A stretch of DNA of 64,000 nt from a candidate division WWE3 bacterium (lineage in GTDB: Bacteria > Patescibacteriota > WWE3 > UBA101185 > UBA10185), in assembly GCA_014729135.1 (NCBI GenBank), contig WJKK01000001.1:535590-599589 (forward strand). The letters run 5' to 3'. Positions within the stretch are counted from its first letter, which is position 1. Each line of letters opens with the position of its first letter. Below, in pieces: positions 46,154 to 55,736 of this stretch. The notes under the pieces are model-generated. The model was not told where the DNA came from. It searched no databases and worked only from the letters and a program-made list of their open reading frames with translations. The translations under genes and the position numbers were made by a program.

Positions 46154-46684
46154 ATGAAAAAAACACAAAAAATTACAAAAAAACAAATTCTAAATAAGGC
46201 CCTAGAAAACCTCTCTCCGGAAGGATCCGTTGATATAACAAAGCTTTCCAACTCCTTAGGAATCGAAGTATACGAATACCCTTTCGATAAAGACATTAGT
46301 GGGGCCGTCACAAAAAAAGACGATGGAACCTGCAGCATCTACGTTACAAAATCTGACCCCTTAACCAGAAAGCGCTTTTCAATAGCACATGAGCTTGCCC
46401 ACTACGTACTACATCCCGATTTATTAGAAAAAAACGGTGTCATACATCGCGGTTCAAAAAGTGACACCAACTTAGAAGAAGAAGCTAACAAACTTGCTGA
46501 GGAAATTCTTATTCCTTCAAGTTTAGCCGTCAAATTCTTAGAAAGCCTTGGAATTAAAAAAGCCGCCTCACTTTCTGCCGGAATTATTGACCAGTTTGCT
46601 AAAAGATTTAAAGTATCCCGCTATGTTGCCATTATTCGTTTACGCAACTTAAATTACAATGTCCCTTACATCTACTACTCCTGA
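46154..46684 (+). CDS. ImmA/IrrE-family (Peptidase M78) metallo-endopeptidase
   Basis: RKRFSIAHELAHYVLH, EEEANKLAEEILIP, FKVS. The ATG at 46154 follows a TATAAT. Confidence 0.9.
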   Translation: MKKTQKITKKQILNKALENLSPEGSVDITKLSNSLGIEVYEYPFDKDISGAVTKKDDGTCSIYVTKSDPLTRKRFSIAHELAHYVLHPDLLEKNGVIHRGSKSDTNLEEEANKLAEEILIPSSLAVKFLESLGIKKAASLSAGIIDQFAKRFKVSRYVAIIRLRNLNYNVPYIYYS

Positions 46685-47009
46685 TGAAAAACGCCTTCCA
46701 CCTATTGAGGAGGTTCTAGCCGGTGAGAAGAAGGCGGAAAGCGTTTCTTTGGATGAGCAGTTGCGAGATCAGCGTAAAAAGGATGATTTTCGTCGAACCC
46801 GGGAAATACAAGATGCGCTTAATTCAGTTATTACGACATGTATTAATCCGGGACTTTATGTGTTTTTAGTTTGTTTAGCTTTTTTTAGTATCTATTTGTT
46901 GGTTGTAGGGGAGAGAACCACGGTTATTGGATGGCTTGAAAAGGCGGTTGCTTTTGTTATTGGAGGTTTAGTTCTACCCCAGATTAGCAAGCTGCAAAGT
47001 TCAGCTTAA
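46659..47009 (+). CDS. Two-TM hypothetical protein coupled to ImmA/IrrE
   Basis: Charged N-terminus, then two hydrophobic helices. Overlaps the upstream gene end. Confidence 0.7.
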   Translation: MSLTSTTPDEKRLPPIEEVLAGEKKAESVSLDEQLRDQRKKDDFRRTREIQDALNSVITTCINPGLYVFLVCLAFFSIYLLVVGERTTVIGWLEKAVAFVIGGLVLPQISKLQSSA

Positions 47010-47067
47010 TCTTGGGTGGGTACATGAGAAACATTTTTAATCTGCTAAAATTCACACAGACGTCATT

Positions 47068-48552
47068 ATGCTTGGACTACTAAAAAGCACATCTGTAATA
47101 TTTCTTATCGCCTTTGCAGGTTTCCTTATTTCCAAGGAAAGTTATCGTCAAGGTTTTGAAAAATCTTTAAAGGATATTTCCTTGTGGATTTCAAGCAATT
47201 ACAAAGTTTTGTTAGTTGCTGTTTTAGGTTTTGCTGCAATTTTACGTTTTTACAATCTAACTTCCCGTGAATTTTGGTACGACGAGGCTTTTTCCTCACT
47301 TTTAATTAACAGATCCTGGGCAAGCTTTTTTACTCTCATGCTTAAAGATGTTCACCCGCCTTTGTACTACGTTTTATTGAAGGCCTGGAGTTATATTTTT
47401 GGTTTTTCCGATCTCGGCTTAAGATCCTTTTCCGTAGTTTTTGGGATAGCCGCTGTCTTTATGGCGACTCAATTTGTCTACACTCTCACAAAAAATAAAT
47501 CTGCTGCACTAATCTCAGGAGTCATATTTGCTGTCAATCCTTTTTTAATTCAATACTCCCAAGAAACGCGCTCCTATGCCCTCCTTTCTTTTTTAATTTT
47601 GACCGTTGCTTATGCGCTTTTTAATAAGCGTTGGGGATTGCTTGCCCTATTTCTTTCTCTAACTTTCCTAACTCACTACATGAATCTTTTCTTATTTCCC
47701 TTCGTCTTTTTTGTGGTTCTGGCCTACAATCTTTTAGATAAGGAGGTAAGTTGGTTAAGTTTTTCATCCCTGCTTTTCCCTTTTGTTGTGGTGTTGGTTT
47801 GGTCGCCCTTTTTGTATAACCACTGGAAGGGTGGTTCTGATCTTCTGGGATGGATTCCTCCCGCTAAGCTTTCTAGTTTGTTTTATGCACTTTCTACGTT
47901 TCTTTTTGGCGAAGTTTTTTCAAAATCCCGCCTGATTCTTATTTTTACTCTCCTAGGTGCTTTTCTTACAGGGGTTTTTATTTGGCAGACCTTTTACAAA
48001 AAGTCGAAGCAGTTTAAGTTTAATTTTTTAAGCCTAGTGTCCTTAAGTCTCATTCCTATCTGTATAGTTTTGTGTCTGTCCATTTTTGGAGGTATGGATT
48101 TGTTTATAGACCGGGTTTTAATTGGTTATTTTGCACTGCTTTTGACTCTAATTATTTATACCTTTTCAAAAGCACATCCACTTGTTTGGATTCCTGCCTT
48201 TCTTTTATATGCTTTTTACTCCCTAAACTTTCTGCAGCAAAAATCCGTTGAAAATCCCGGTTATAATGAGCTTATTAAGTTTTCAAATCACACTAATAAA
48301 AAGCTTGTACTAACTGATCCCATGCACTACTTGCCAATGAAACATTATCTTTTTAAGGCGTCTCCACAGAAGCTGGCTCAAATTAAGGTTCAGTTAGATA
48401 CTCCGGGGGATTGGCCTTTAATTTTTCAAGAGGATCGTGTTGAAAAGGAGAATCTTAATGAGCCATTTTATCTGGTTAATTATGGAGAGATTTCGGATTG
48501 GCAGTCTTCTATTAAGGTAGGAAGTTTTTATTTGTATGAATGGAGTAATTAG
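47068..48552 (+). CDS. GT-C glycosyltransferase (family 39/83, ArnT/PMT-like)
   Basis: LRFY.L..FWYDEA, DVHPPLYY, YSQETRSY. Polytopic membrane protein. Confidence 0.85.
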   Translation: MLGLLKSTSVIFLIAFAGFLISKESYRQGFEKSLKDISLWISSNYKVLLVAVLGFAAILRFYNLTSREFWYDEAFSSLLINRSWASFFTLMLKDVHPPLYYVLLKAWSYIFGFSDLGLRSFSVVFGIAAVFMATQFVYTLTKNKSAALISGVIFAVNPFLIQYSQETRSYALLSFLILTVAYALFNKRWGLLALFLSLTFLTHYMNLFLFPFVFFVVLAYNLLDKEVSWLSFSSLLFPFVVVLVWSPFLYNHWKGGSDLLGWIPPAKLSSLFYALSTFLFGEVFSKSRLILIFTLLGAFLTGVFIWQTFYKKSKQFKFNFLSLVSLSLIPICIVLCLSIFGGMDLFIDRVLIGYFALLLTLIIYTFSKAHPLVWIPAFLLYAFYSLNFLQQKSVENPGYNELIKFSNHTNKKLVLTDPMHYLPMKHYLFKASPQKLAQIKVQLDTPGDWPLIFQEDRVEKENLNEPFYLVNYGEISDWQSSIKVGSFYLYEWSN

Positions 48553-48573
48553 ATTTATGAGGGGTGTGTTTTT

Positions 48574-49737
48574 ATGGTGATGGGTGCTGCGGGGATTGGT
48601 AGAGGTGGTGGAGAGGGTTTGCCTCCTATGGGATCGCGCCCTGAGGAGGAAGGCGTTAAGTCAATTATTGAAAGACCTTCTTATGATGAAATGGAGGGTG
48701 AAGCTTCAGCAGAGATTTCGGAGGGTACCAGTGAAGCCGCCGGCAGTGAAGAAACCCTAGAATTAGCAGAAGTTCATCAGCTGCTTTTAGACTCTTTAGA
48801 AGGAGTGCCAACAAGTGAGGGAGTAACTGAAGAGCAACGTGCTGAAATGATAAGTCGCCTGTCCCCTAATTTAGTCGAGGAACTTCATGGTCATTTAGAG
48901 GCGCTTGACTACAAACAAGAATATCTAGGTTATGATCCTATTGAATCTCACAGTGCGCAATTAGGTGTTCTTCGCGGGGAGCTTTTTGAAAGGTTGTTAC
49001 AAACGCATTCTGATGAGTTTTTTGAGGAGTTAGGTATCGAGAATTATCCATTGGATACGCCTTTAGCGGAGGAACTTTTAGAGTTGCTTTATAAAAGTGA
49101 AAGATTTGGTTTTGAACGTAGTGGGCGTAACCCGGATTCAGCCATGGTGGAGCTTGTGGAGGAGGAAGGAAAAAAGATATTAGGTATTAAGGCCTTAGTA
49201 GAGGCAAAATGTACCTATGGGGGGCTTGATTATCGCGCTTTTGACCAAGTTACAACTTTTGATAAAACTGTAGAGGATGTTTGGTCTGATGTTGCTCGTA
49301 AAAAAGAAGCACTTTATCGCAGGATTGCCGGCAAATATGTAGAACGCGAGAGAAGCAGGGGCAGATCCGACTTCTCAATGGAGGTTATTCCTCCTCCAAT
49401 TCAAGAACAGCTACGTCAGGTTTCCGAAGAGGTTTTTGTTGAGCGCCATGGTTTGCATAATTTAGTTGGTTTTGACGAAGTGCGCGTAGATCCCGATGCC
49501 CAAAGGATAGTTGTGCTTCCGTCGAATAAACCGGTTCCTGAAAACAGAGGAGATACCGCTCGCGAAGATTGGTTGAATCTTATAGCAACGTATGACTTTC
49601 GTCGTCCCTCCGATTACGAACATTTTGCAGATTTAATGGAGACAGGTGAAGTTACTGTGGCAAAAGCGTATTTTTCATATGATGAAGTGGAAGCAATGTC
49701 AAAAGCCCTCTTGCAGCAAATACAAGCTCGTTACTAA
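48574..49737 (+). CDS. Acidic hypothetical protein with a possible PD-(D/E)XK motif
   Basis: GELFE...RNPDS...LVEAK. Confidence 0.65.
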   Translation: MVMGAAGIGRGGGEGLPPMGSRPEEEGVKSIIERPSYDEMEGEASAEISEGTSEAAGSEETLELAEVHQLLLDSLEGVPTSEGVTEEQRAEMISRLSPNLVEELHGHLEALDYKQEYLGYDPIESHSAQLGVLRGELFERLLQTHSDEFFEELGIENYPLDTPLAEELLELLYKSERFGFERSGRNPDSAMVELVEEEGKKILGIKALVEAKCTYGGLDYRAFDQVTTFDKTVEDVWSDVARKKEALYRRIAGKYVERERSRGRSDFSMEVIPPPIQEQLRQVSEEVFVERHGLHNLVGFDEVRVDPDAQRIVVLPSNKPVPENRGDTAREDWLNLIATYDFRRPSDYEHFADLMETGEVTVAKAYFSYDEVEAMSKALLQQIQARY

Positions 49738-49741
49738 ATCC

Positions 49742-50953
49742 TTAGAAGTTAATCAAAAAAGTAAGTCCAGAACCTACAGCTGCAACCACAAACACCCACA
49801 TCCAGGAACCGGTCAATAACATGATTCCTACACAAGAGAGTAATACGAAAAGTCGAGCTGTATGCAGTGCAACTTCCCTATAGGTAATGAAGTTAGAGGC
49901 ATGTTTACCATCTACTTTTTCGTAAGTGGCTGCTATGAAGCAAGTTCCATAGGCCGAAGCGTTAATTTTATCTAAGATATTGTTTAGATAATAAGCTGCG
50001 GGGGAAATTATGAAGAGTCTGGATAAATGTAGTGCGGAATTTATAGTCACGCTTATTGCATGCAAAAGGCCCTTTCCGTTTCGATCGATGACTGTGCCCA
50101 CGCTAATTAGAAGTACCGTTGCTACTATTCCCGAAAATGTTTTTAAGAAACCAATTTCTACAAAATCTTGCAGTTTTAGATAAAGCATTACAGACCAAAA
50201 AATTGCAAAAATGATGGCCGAAGTAACTCTGCCGGCTAGCGCTATGGTAGTTTTTAGGTATTTTTTGTTTCCTAGATATTCCCTCCATACCTTTTTAAAC
50301 TTGTGCGGGGAGTGCTTTTGCTCTTTGACATAAACTAATATGGGTAATGAAGCTGCCAGTAATAGAACTATAGAAAGCATATAAAGTGTGTTAAATCCTA
50401 GATTCGTGATTATTAACCCTCCAAGGAGAGGTGCCAGGGAGGTAGCAATTCCCGAGAAAAAGCTTTGTTTGCTAATCTCGGAACCAAATTTATGATCTCC
50501 ATCATCGGCTCTTCTCATAAAAAAGATGTGATAAGGGATCCAATAAAAGGGTATTCGAGCACCCCAAAAGATTCCCGAAAGGATTAACAGTAAAGGTTGT
50601 TTTTCTGCGGAAAGTAGAAATACAAGACTTACTATTCGAAACAGGATTCCTATTACGAGGCTGTTTTTTAGGTGAAACGTGTTGAAAATGTTCTCAATAA
50701 AAAAGGCAATTACTAGAAGGACTACTACAGAAATTAGCGCATAAAAGAGACAAATCCACACGAGGCCGTTTATAACTTCAGAACTGCCAAAAAGTTGATT
50801 TTTTAAGGACAGTTGGTAGATGTAGATTGGTAAGTAGATTCCTATAAGTGATATTGCCAAGTCGGAGACAGCACGCGTTGTATAAATCGCTGACGCCTCC
50901 TTCATGGCATATCCTCTGCGATTTACAAATTTTTTTAGGGCAGCAATTATCAT
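49742..50953 (-). CDS. MFS transporter
   Basis: About 12 TM helices; APLLGG...GF, G.VIDR.GK. Confidence 0.8.
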   Translation of the reverse strand: MIIAALKKFVNRRGYAMKEASAIYTTRAVSDLAISLIGIYLPIYIYQLSLKNQLFGSSEVINGLVWICLFYALISVVVLLVIAFFIENIFNTFHLKNSLVIGILFRIVSLVFLLSAEKQPLLLILSGIFWGARIPFYWIPYHIFFMRRADDGDHKFGSEISKQSFFSGIATSLAPLLGGLIITNLGFNTLYMLSIVLLLAASLPILVYVKEQKHSPHKFKKVWREYLGNKKYLKTTIALAGRVTSAIIFAIFWSVMLYLKLQDFVEIGFLKTFSGIVATVLLISVGTVIDRNGKGLLHAISVTINSALHLSRLFIISPAAYYLNNILDKINASAYGTCFIAATYEKVDGKHASNFITYREVALHTARLFVLLSCVGIMLLTGSWMWVFVVAAVGSGLTFLINF

Positions 50954-50970
50954 TTACAGCTTTTATTTTC

Positions 50971-51921
50971 TTATTTTTGCGGCGTCACTTGCGTAGGAGT
51001 ATTAGCACTGGCTATTTCTTGTCCTGCACGATCTCCATACGGATAGATAATAACCATGGAACTTTCTTCCTTGCTCATTTCATTTAGGATTTGAAGCTCT
51101 CTCAAGCGCATACCAAATTTATCTTTTTCCAGAATTCTACTTGCTTCTGATAATTTTTCTGCAACTTGAATTTCCGTTTCTGCCTGAATCTGCTTTGCTT
51201 GGGAGGCTCTTTCTTCTCTTGCAATAACTGCTAATTCTTCCACTAAGGATCCGGGCGCATCAACGTCCGTAATTCGCACGGCGCGTACATCTACTCCATA
51301 AACAACAGCATCAGAATCGATTTGTCGTTTAAGATCTTCGGCAATGCTTTCCCTATCACTCAGAAGATTCTTAAGATCCAAACTTCCAATAGTGTTTTTT
51401 AAAGCCTCCGTTGCAAGCCAAATGACCGATTGCTTGTAATGCTTAACATCTAGAGTAGCCTTTTTAGCATTTTCTACCTTGTATTCAACTGCTGCTGTAA
51501 CCTTAATAGGAACATTGTCTTTAGTAAGCGTATTTGTTGCTTCGACCTGCTGGGTTTCAATTCGCGTATCCAGAATATTAGCAACCGAGTAAATAAAAGG
51601 TGGAATTATGAAAAATCCGGCTTCTTTAACAGAGTCAAATTTACCCAGCCTCAAAAGGATGAGTTTTTCCCACTCCGGAAGGATATAAAACATTTTTGAA
51701 ACGGTACTTGCAAGCCAGATGTTAACAAGGATCGAGGGTATGACAAGAACCATAGCTTCGCTAAAAATCGACAGTGAGAGCGCACTTAATGGCAAAGTTC
51801 CCAGTGCTGTAAGAGCAACCATTGCAACAATCCATGCCACGCTTCTAATAAAAGTTTGTACTGCCTTGGTGCTTTGATATGTTTTTGAGTTTACGAAATT
51901 GGAACTGAGATTGTATGCCAT
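50971..51921 (-). CDS. SPFH/stomatin (band 7) protein
   Basis: LRLGK, DTR, TKDNV, LRELQ.L, with N-terminal TM segments. Confidence 0.9.
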   Translation of the reverse strand: MAYNLSSNFVNSKTYQSTKAVQTFIRSVAWIVAMVALTALGTLPLSALSLSIFSEAMVLVIPSILVNIWLASTVSKMFYILPEWEKLILLRLGKFDSVKEAGFFIIPPFIYSVANILDTRIETQQVEATNTLTKDNVPIKVTAAVEYKVENAKKATLDVKHYKQSVIWLATEALKNTIGSLDLKNLLSDRESIAEDLKRQIDSDAVVYGVDVRAVRITDVDAPGSLVEELAVIAREERASQAKQIQAETEIQVAEKLSEASRILEKDKFGMRLRELQILNEMSKEESSMVIIYPYGDRAGQEIASANTPTQVTPQK

Positions 51922-51990
51922 GGTTTGCCTTTCTTGTGACTAAATACTTTTGTTGTTCAAATAATGTCGGGGATCCCGATTAACTTAATT

Positions 51991-54468
51991 TTATTCTACA
52001 ACAATACTAACTATTTTATTAGGTACATAAATGAAGCGTTTGATGTTCTTACCTTTCACATATTTTTGCACGTTTTCCAGCTCTAAAACTCGCTTTTTAA
52101 CACTTTCCTCAGGTTCATCTCGGTCAATTTCAATATCTTCCCGAACCTTTCCGTTTACCTGAACACCAATTTGAAAGGAGTCTTTTTTAGCAAGCTTTTC
52201 ATTGTATTTGGGCCAAGCTTGCGAGTGAATACTGTTTTCAACTGACCATTCCTTGGCGTCATTTACCTCTTGCCAAAGTTCTTCCGTTACAAAAGGAGCA
52301 AAAGGAGCCAGAACTTTTAAAAAGCCCTTCCAGATTTCACTATCAATCTGCTTTTTCTTCTTAATAATATTTACAAAAATCATAAGCTGACTAACCGCTG
52401 TATTCATTTTGAAGTCTTCACACATGGAAGTAACGTTTTTGAGCATTTGGTGATATGCCTTTTCAACTTCTTTGTCGTTTACGTCAGCGACCACCTTATT
52501 TTTCATTCCATAAACGGTGTTTATAAATCGGGAAATTGCTTTTAGGCCTTCCGTGTTCCAAGGATAGGTTTCGTCATAAGGACCAATAAATGCCAAATAA
52601 GTTCTAACTGCATCTGCTCCATATGTTTGCACCACCTCTTTAGGATTCACAACATACTCCGGACGTGACTTTGACATTTTCCTATTGTCTTCTCCCAAAA
52701 GGAGTCCTCCACTCATCCTGTATTTAATGGGTTCTTCCGTTGGGACAAGGCCTTGATCATACAAAAACTTGTACCAAAAACGTGTGTACAATAAGTGCGC
52801 TGTTGTGTGTCCGGCATCTCCGTAATATTCATCAACCGGCAGCCAATATTTCATTTTTTCAAAGTCAGCAAAAGCTTCGTTATTTTTTGGATCAATGTAA
52901 CGAATGTAGTACCAATTGGATCCTGCCCATGTAGGCATTGTGTCTGTTTCTCTTGTAGCGGGATTTCCTTGGGAGTCTGTAGTTTTTTTGAAGTCTTCAA
53001 ATTCGCTTAAAGCGGGAAATCCTGCTTTGTCTTTCAACACCTCCTCTTTCAACTCGGGAAGCTCTAAAGGCAAGTCATAGTCAGGCTCTATTTTGCCATC
53101 TTTTGTATAAATTAATGGAATAGGCTCTCCCCAATATCTTTGTCTAGACCAAATTTGATCTCTTAATTTATAAGTAGTGTTTTTTTCTCCAAAGCCCTTT
53201 TCCTCCAAGTATTGAATGGTCTTTTCAATTGCTTCCTTTGTAGTAAGCCCATTTAGAAAGCCACTGTTAATTGCAATACCTTCTCCTTCAAATATGTCAT
53301 CCAAACTTGCAATCTCGGTTACATCGGGATTTTCCGGATCCTCAACAACCCTTACAACTTCCAAATCATGAGCTTTTGCAAATTCAAAATCGCGCTTGTC
53401 GTGTGCCGGAACTCCTACTACAGCACCCGTTCCATAGTTATACATTACATAATCAGCCACATAAACAGGGAGTTTTTTGTCGTTTAAGGGATTTATGGCA
53501 TAGCTTCCCGTAAATACTCCTGTTTTTTCCTTGGCTTTAGTTCTTTCAAGTTCGGATTTAGCTAGAGAGCGTTTTACATATTTTTCTACTTCGGACTTTT
53601 GTTCTGCAGTTGTAACCTTCTCCACAAGAGGGTGCTTAGGCGCCAAAACAACAAAAGTAGCTCCAAAGTTTGTATCCGGACGTGTTGTAAAGCAGGTTAC
53701 AGTAGGCGTCTTTTCATATGTTTTTGAAGGAGTTTCTATTTCATATGTAATGTTTGCCCCTTCTTTTTTGCCTATCCAGTTAATCTGTGCTTGTTTTACA
53801 GCATCTGTGTAATCCGTTTTGTCCAAATCCTCAAGGAGTTTATCTGCATAATCCGTTATTTTTAAGATCCACTGTTTAAACATTTTTCGTTCAACAGGAT
53901 AGCCTCCCCGCTCTGAAACCTTTTCACCCTCCTTATCTCCCGGGAGAACCTCTTCATCAGCTAAAACACCTAATTCTTCACACCACCAAACCGGCATTTC
54001 TTTAACTTCGGCTAAGTCCGCTTCCCAAAGCTTTAAAAACATCCATTGGGTCCACTTGTAAGTTTCCGGTTTACTTGTGTCCATTTCTCGCGACCAATCA
54101 ATAGCATAGCCCATATCCATCATAGATTTTTTGTAGTTTGGAATTGCTTTATCTAGAACTTCTCTAGGCGTTGAATTTGTTCGAATTGCAAATGTTTCTG
54201 CAGGAAGGCCAAATGAGTCCCATCCCATTGGAAAGAGGACGTTGTAACCTTGCATTCTTAAATAGCGAGATCTTATTTCCGGAACAGTGTAGCGCATCAT
54301 GTGGCCTACATGAAGGTAGCTCCCTGAAGGGTAGGGGAGTTCTGCAAGAATGTATTTTTTGGGTTTGTCTGAGAAGTCTTTGGCTTTATATAGATCAGTC
54401 TCGTACCATTTTTCTGTCCAATTTTTCTCGGTTTCTTTGTGGTTGTAATCAGTGTTTCCAGCAGTCAT
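51991..54468 (-). CDS. leuS: Leucine-tRNA ligase
   Basis: PYPSG..HVGH, MGWDSFGLPAE, FTTRPDT, SRQRYWGEPIP, KMSKS. Confidence 0.96.
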   Translation of the reverse strand: MTAGNTDYNHKETEKNWTEKWYETDLYKAKDFSDKPKKYILAELPYPSGSYLHVGHMMRYTVPEIRSRYLRMQGYNVLFPMGWDSFGLPAETFAIRTNSTPREVLDKAIPNYKKSMMDMGYAIDWSREMDTSKPETYKWTQWMFLKLWEADLAEVKEMPVWWCEELGVLADEEVLPGDKEGEKVSERGGYPVERKMFKQWILKITDYADKLLEDLDKTDYTDAVKQAQINWIGKKEGANITYEIETPSKTYEKTPTVTCFTTRPDTNFGATFVVLAPKHPLVEKVTTAEQKSEVEKYVKRSLAKSELERTKAKEKTGVFTGSYAINPLNDKKLPVYVADYVMYNYGTGAVVGVPAHDKRDFEFAKAHDLEVVRVVEDPENPDVTEIASLDDIFEGEGIAINSGFLNGLTTKEAIEKTIQYLEEKGFGEKNTTYKLRDQIWSRQRYWGEPIPLIYTKDGKIEPDYDLPLELPELKEEVLKDKAGFPALSEFEDFKKTTDSQGNPATRETDTMPTWAGSNWYYIRYIDPKNNEAFADFEKMKYWLPVDEYYGDAGHTTAHLLYTRFWYKFLYDQGLVPTEEPIKYRMSGGLLLGEDNRKMSKSRPEYVVNPKEVVQTYGADAVRTYLAFIGPYDETYPWNTEGLKAISRFINTVYGMKNKVVADVNDKEVEKAYHQMLKNVTSMCEDFKMNTAVSQLMIFVNIIKKKKQIDSEIWKGFLKVLAPFAPFVTEELWQEVNDAKEWSVENSIHSQAWPKYNEKLAKKDSFQIGVQVNGKVREDIEIDRDEPEESVKKRVLELENVQKYVKGKNIKRFIYVPNKIVSIVVE

Positions 54469-54539
54469 GGCAACATTTTAACACACCTATGTGAAATTTC
54501 GTTGCGTTGGAAGGGATTTTCTATTACAATACGCAAGCT

Positions 54540-54716
54540 ATGGCATCAAAAAAGGGAAATAGAGTTTTAATAGGCCTTAAGTGCGAGGAAACAGGGATGC
54601 GCCTATACGTGACTCAAAAAAATAGAATAAGCACTCGAGATAAGATTAGACTTCGCAAATATAATCCTCTTTTGAGGAGACACACTTGGTTTACTGAAGT
54701 AAAAAAGCTTAAGTAA
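54540..54716 (+). CDS. rpmG: 50S ribosomal protein L33
   Basis: MASKKGNRVLIGLKC...Y.T.KN...LRKYNP..RRHT.F.E. Confidence 0.93.
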   Translation: MASKKGNRVLIGLKCEETGMRLYVTQKNRISTRDKIRLRKYNPLLRRHTWFTEVKKLK

Positions 54717-54806
54717 GCTTTGCGTCTGCTATTAGTATTGTCAGATCTTCTAAGCATTTTCCAAAATAAAAACTCCTTCGCTCTAGTCATGTTACAATAA
54801 CTCAAC

Positions 54807-55652
54807 ATGACACAAGAAAACACAAATCAAAACCGAACCCAAAATTTAATTGTTCCCATTGGAATCCTTTTATTCATCATAATTGGCTCTCTAGTTTACT
54901 TTGGTAACTTTTGGTATCAAAAAATTAAAGGAGATTCCCTTTTACAAGCGCGCACTGCTTTGGAACAGCAAGAACAGTTGGATGCGCAGCCTCAAGTTCA
55001 AGCAGCAGAAACTTCTAAAACCCCCTCTGACGTCAAAAGTGACAAACCTAAAGTAGAGCTTTTTGTTATGAGTCATTGTCCTTATGGAACTCAAATGGAG
55101 AAGGGGATTATCCCTGTAGTAGAGACGCTAGGGGATTCAATCGACTTTGAATTGAAGTTTGTTGACTATGTAATGCATGGCAAAGAGGAAGTGGATGAGC
55201 AGTTGGCGCAGTATTGTATTCAAGAAAATGAGCCTGAAAAGCTTCTTTCTTATCTTTCCTGCTTTTTAGAGGATTCAGATTCAGGGGCTTGTTTGAATTC
55301 AGTAGGAGTAGATCAAAATACACTGGCTTCTTGTATTCAAGCATCAGATGAAGAATTTGGAATTACTGCTTCCTTTGAGGATAAGTCTTCATGGAAGAGT
55401 GGCCGTTTTCCCGTTTTTGCAACACACGCTGAAGAGAATACAAAGTATGGTGTTCGAGGTTCTCCCACACTTATCATAAATGGTGCTAATGCAGAAGCTC
55501 GTTCCCGGGATCCGGCAACACTTTTAGCAACAGTTTGCTCTTACTTTAATGAGGAACCTGAGGCTTGCTCTACTTCGTTGTCGTCTGCAACTCCTGCTCC
55601 GGGATTTGGAACCGGAACTGCTAGCTCACCTTCCTCTGCAAGCTGCAATTAA
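54807..55652 (+). CDS. Membrane-anchored thioredoxin-fold (DsbA/GILT-like) protein
   Basis: TM segment; VELFVMSHCPYG; GVRGSPTLIING cis-Pro loop; several additional Cys. Confidence 0.75.
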   Translation: MTQENTNQNRTQNLIVPIGILLFIIIGSLVYFGNFWYQKIKGDSLLQARTALEQQEQLDAQPQVQAAETSKTPSDVKSDKPKVELFVMSHCPYGTQMEKGIIPVVETLGDSIDFELKFVDYVMHGKEEVDEQLAQYCIQENEPEKLLSYLSCFLEDSDSGACLNSVGVDQNTLASCIQASDEEFGITASFEDKSSWKSGRFPVFATHAEENTKYGVRGSPTLIINGANAEARSRDPATLLATVCSYFNEEPEACSTSLSSATPAPGFGTGTASSPSSASCN

Positions 55653-55736
55653 GCCTCTGAAGTTAAGACAATTTTAACTAAGACTTTTTCCTGATTTAAA
55701 GGAGGTACTTACTATAAGTATGGTAAAATCAAGGGC

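Larger units (their letters stand above)
36454..47009. mobile_element. Accessory island / cassette array downstream of tRNA-His
   Basis: Non-core genes punctuated by tRNA-His 3'-end mimics (36546, 40265, 41695, 42916, 45859) and hairpin units. No integrase is seen and the right boundary is uncertain. Confidence 0.75.
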
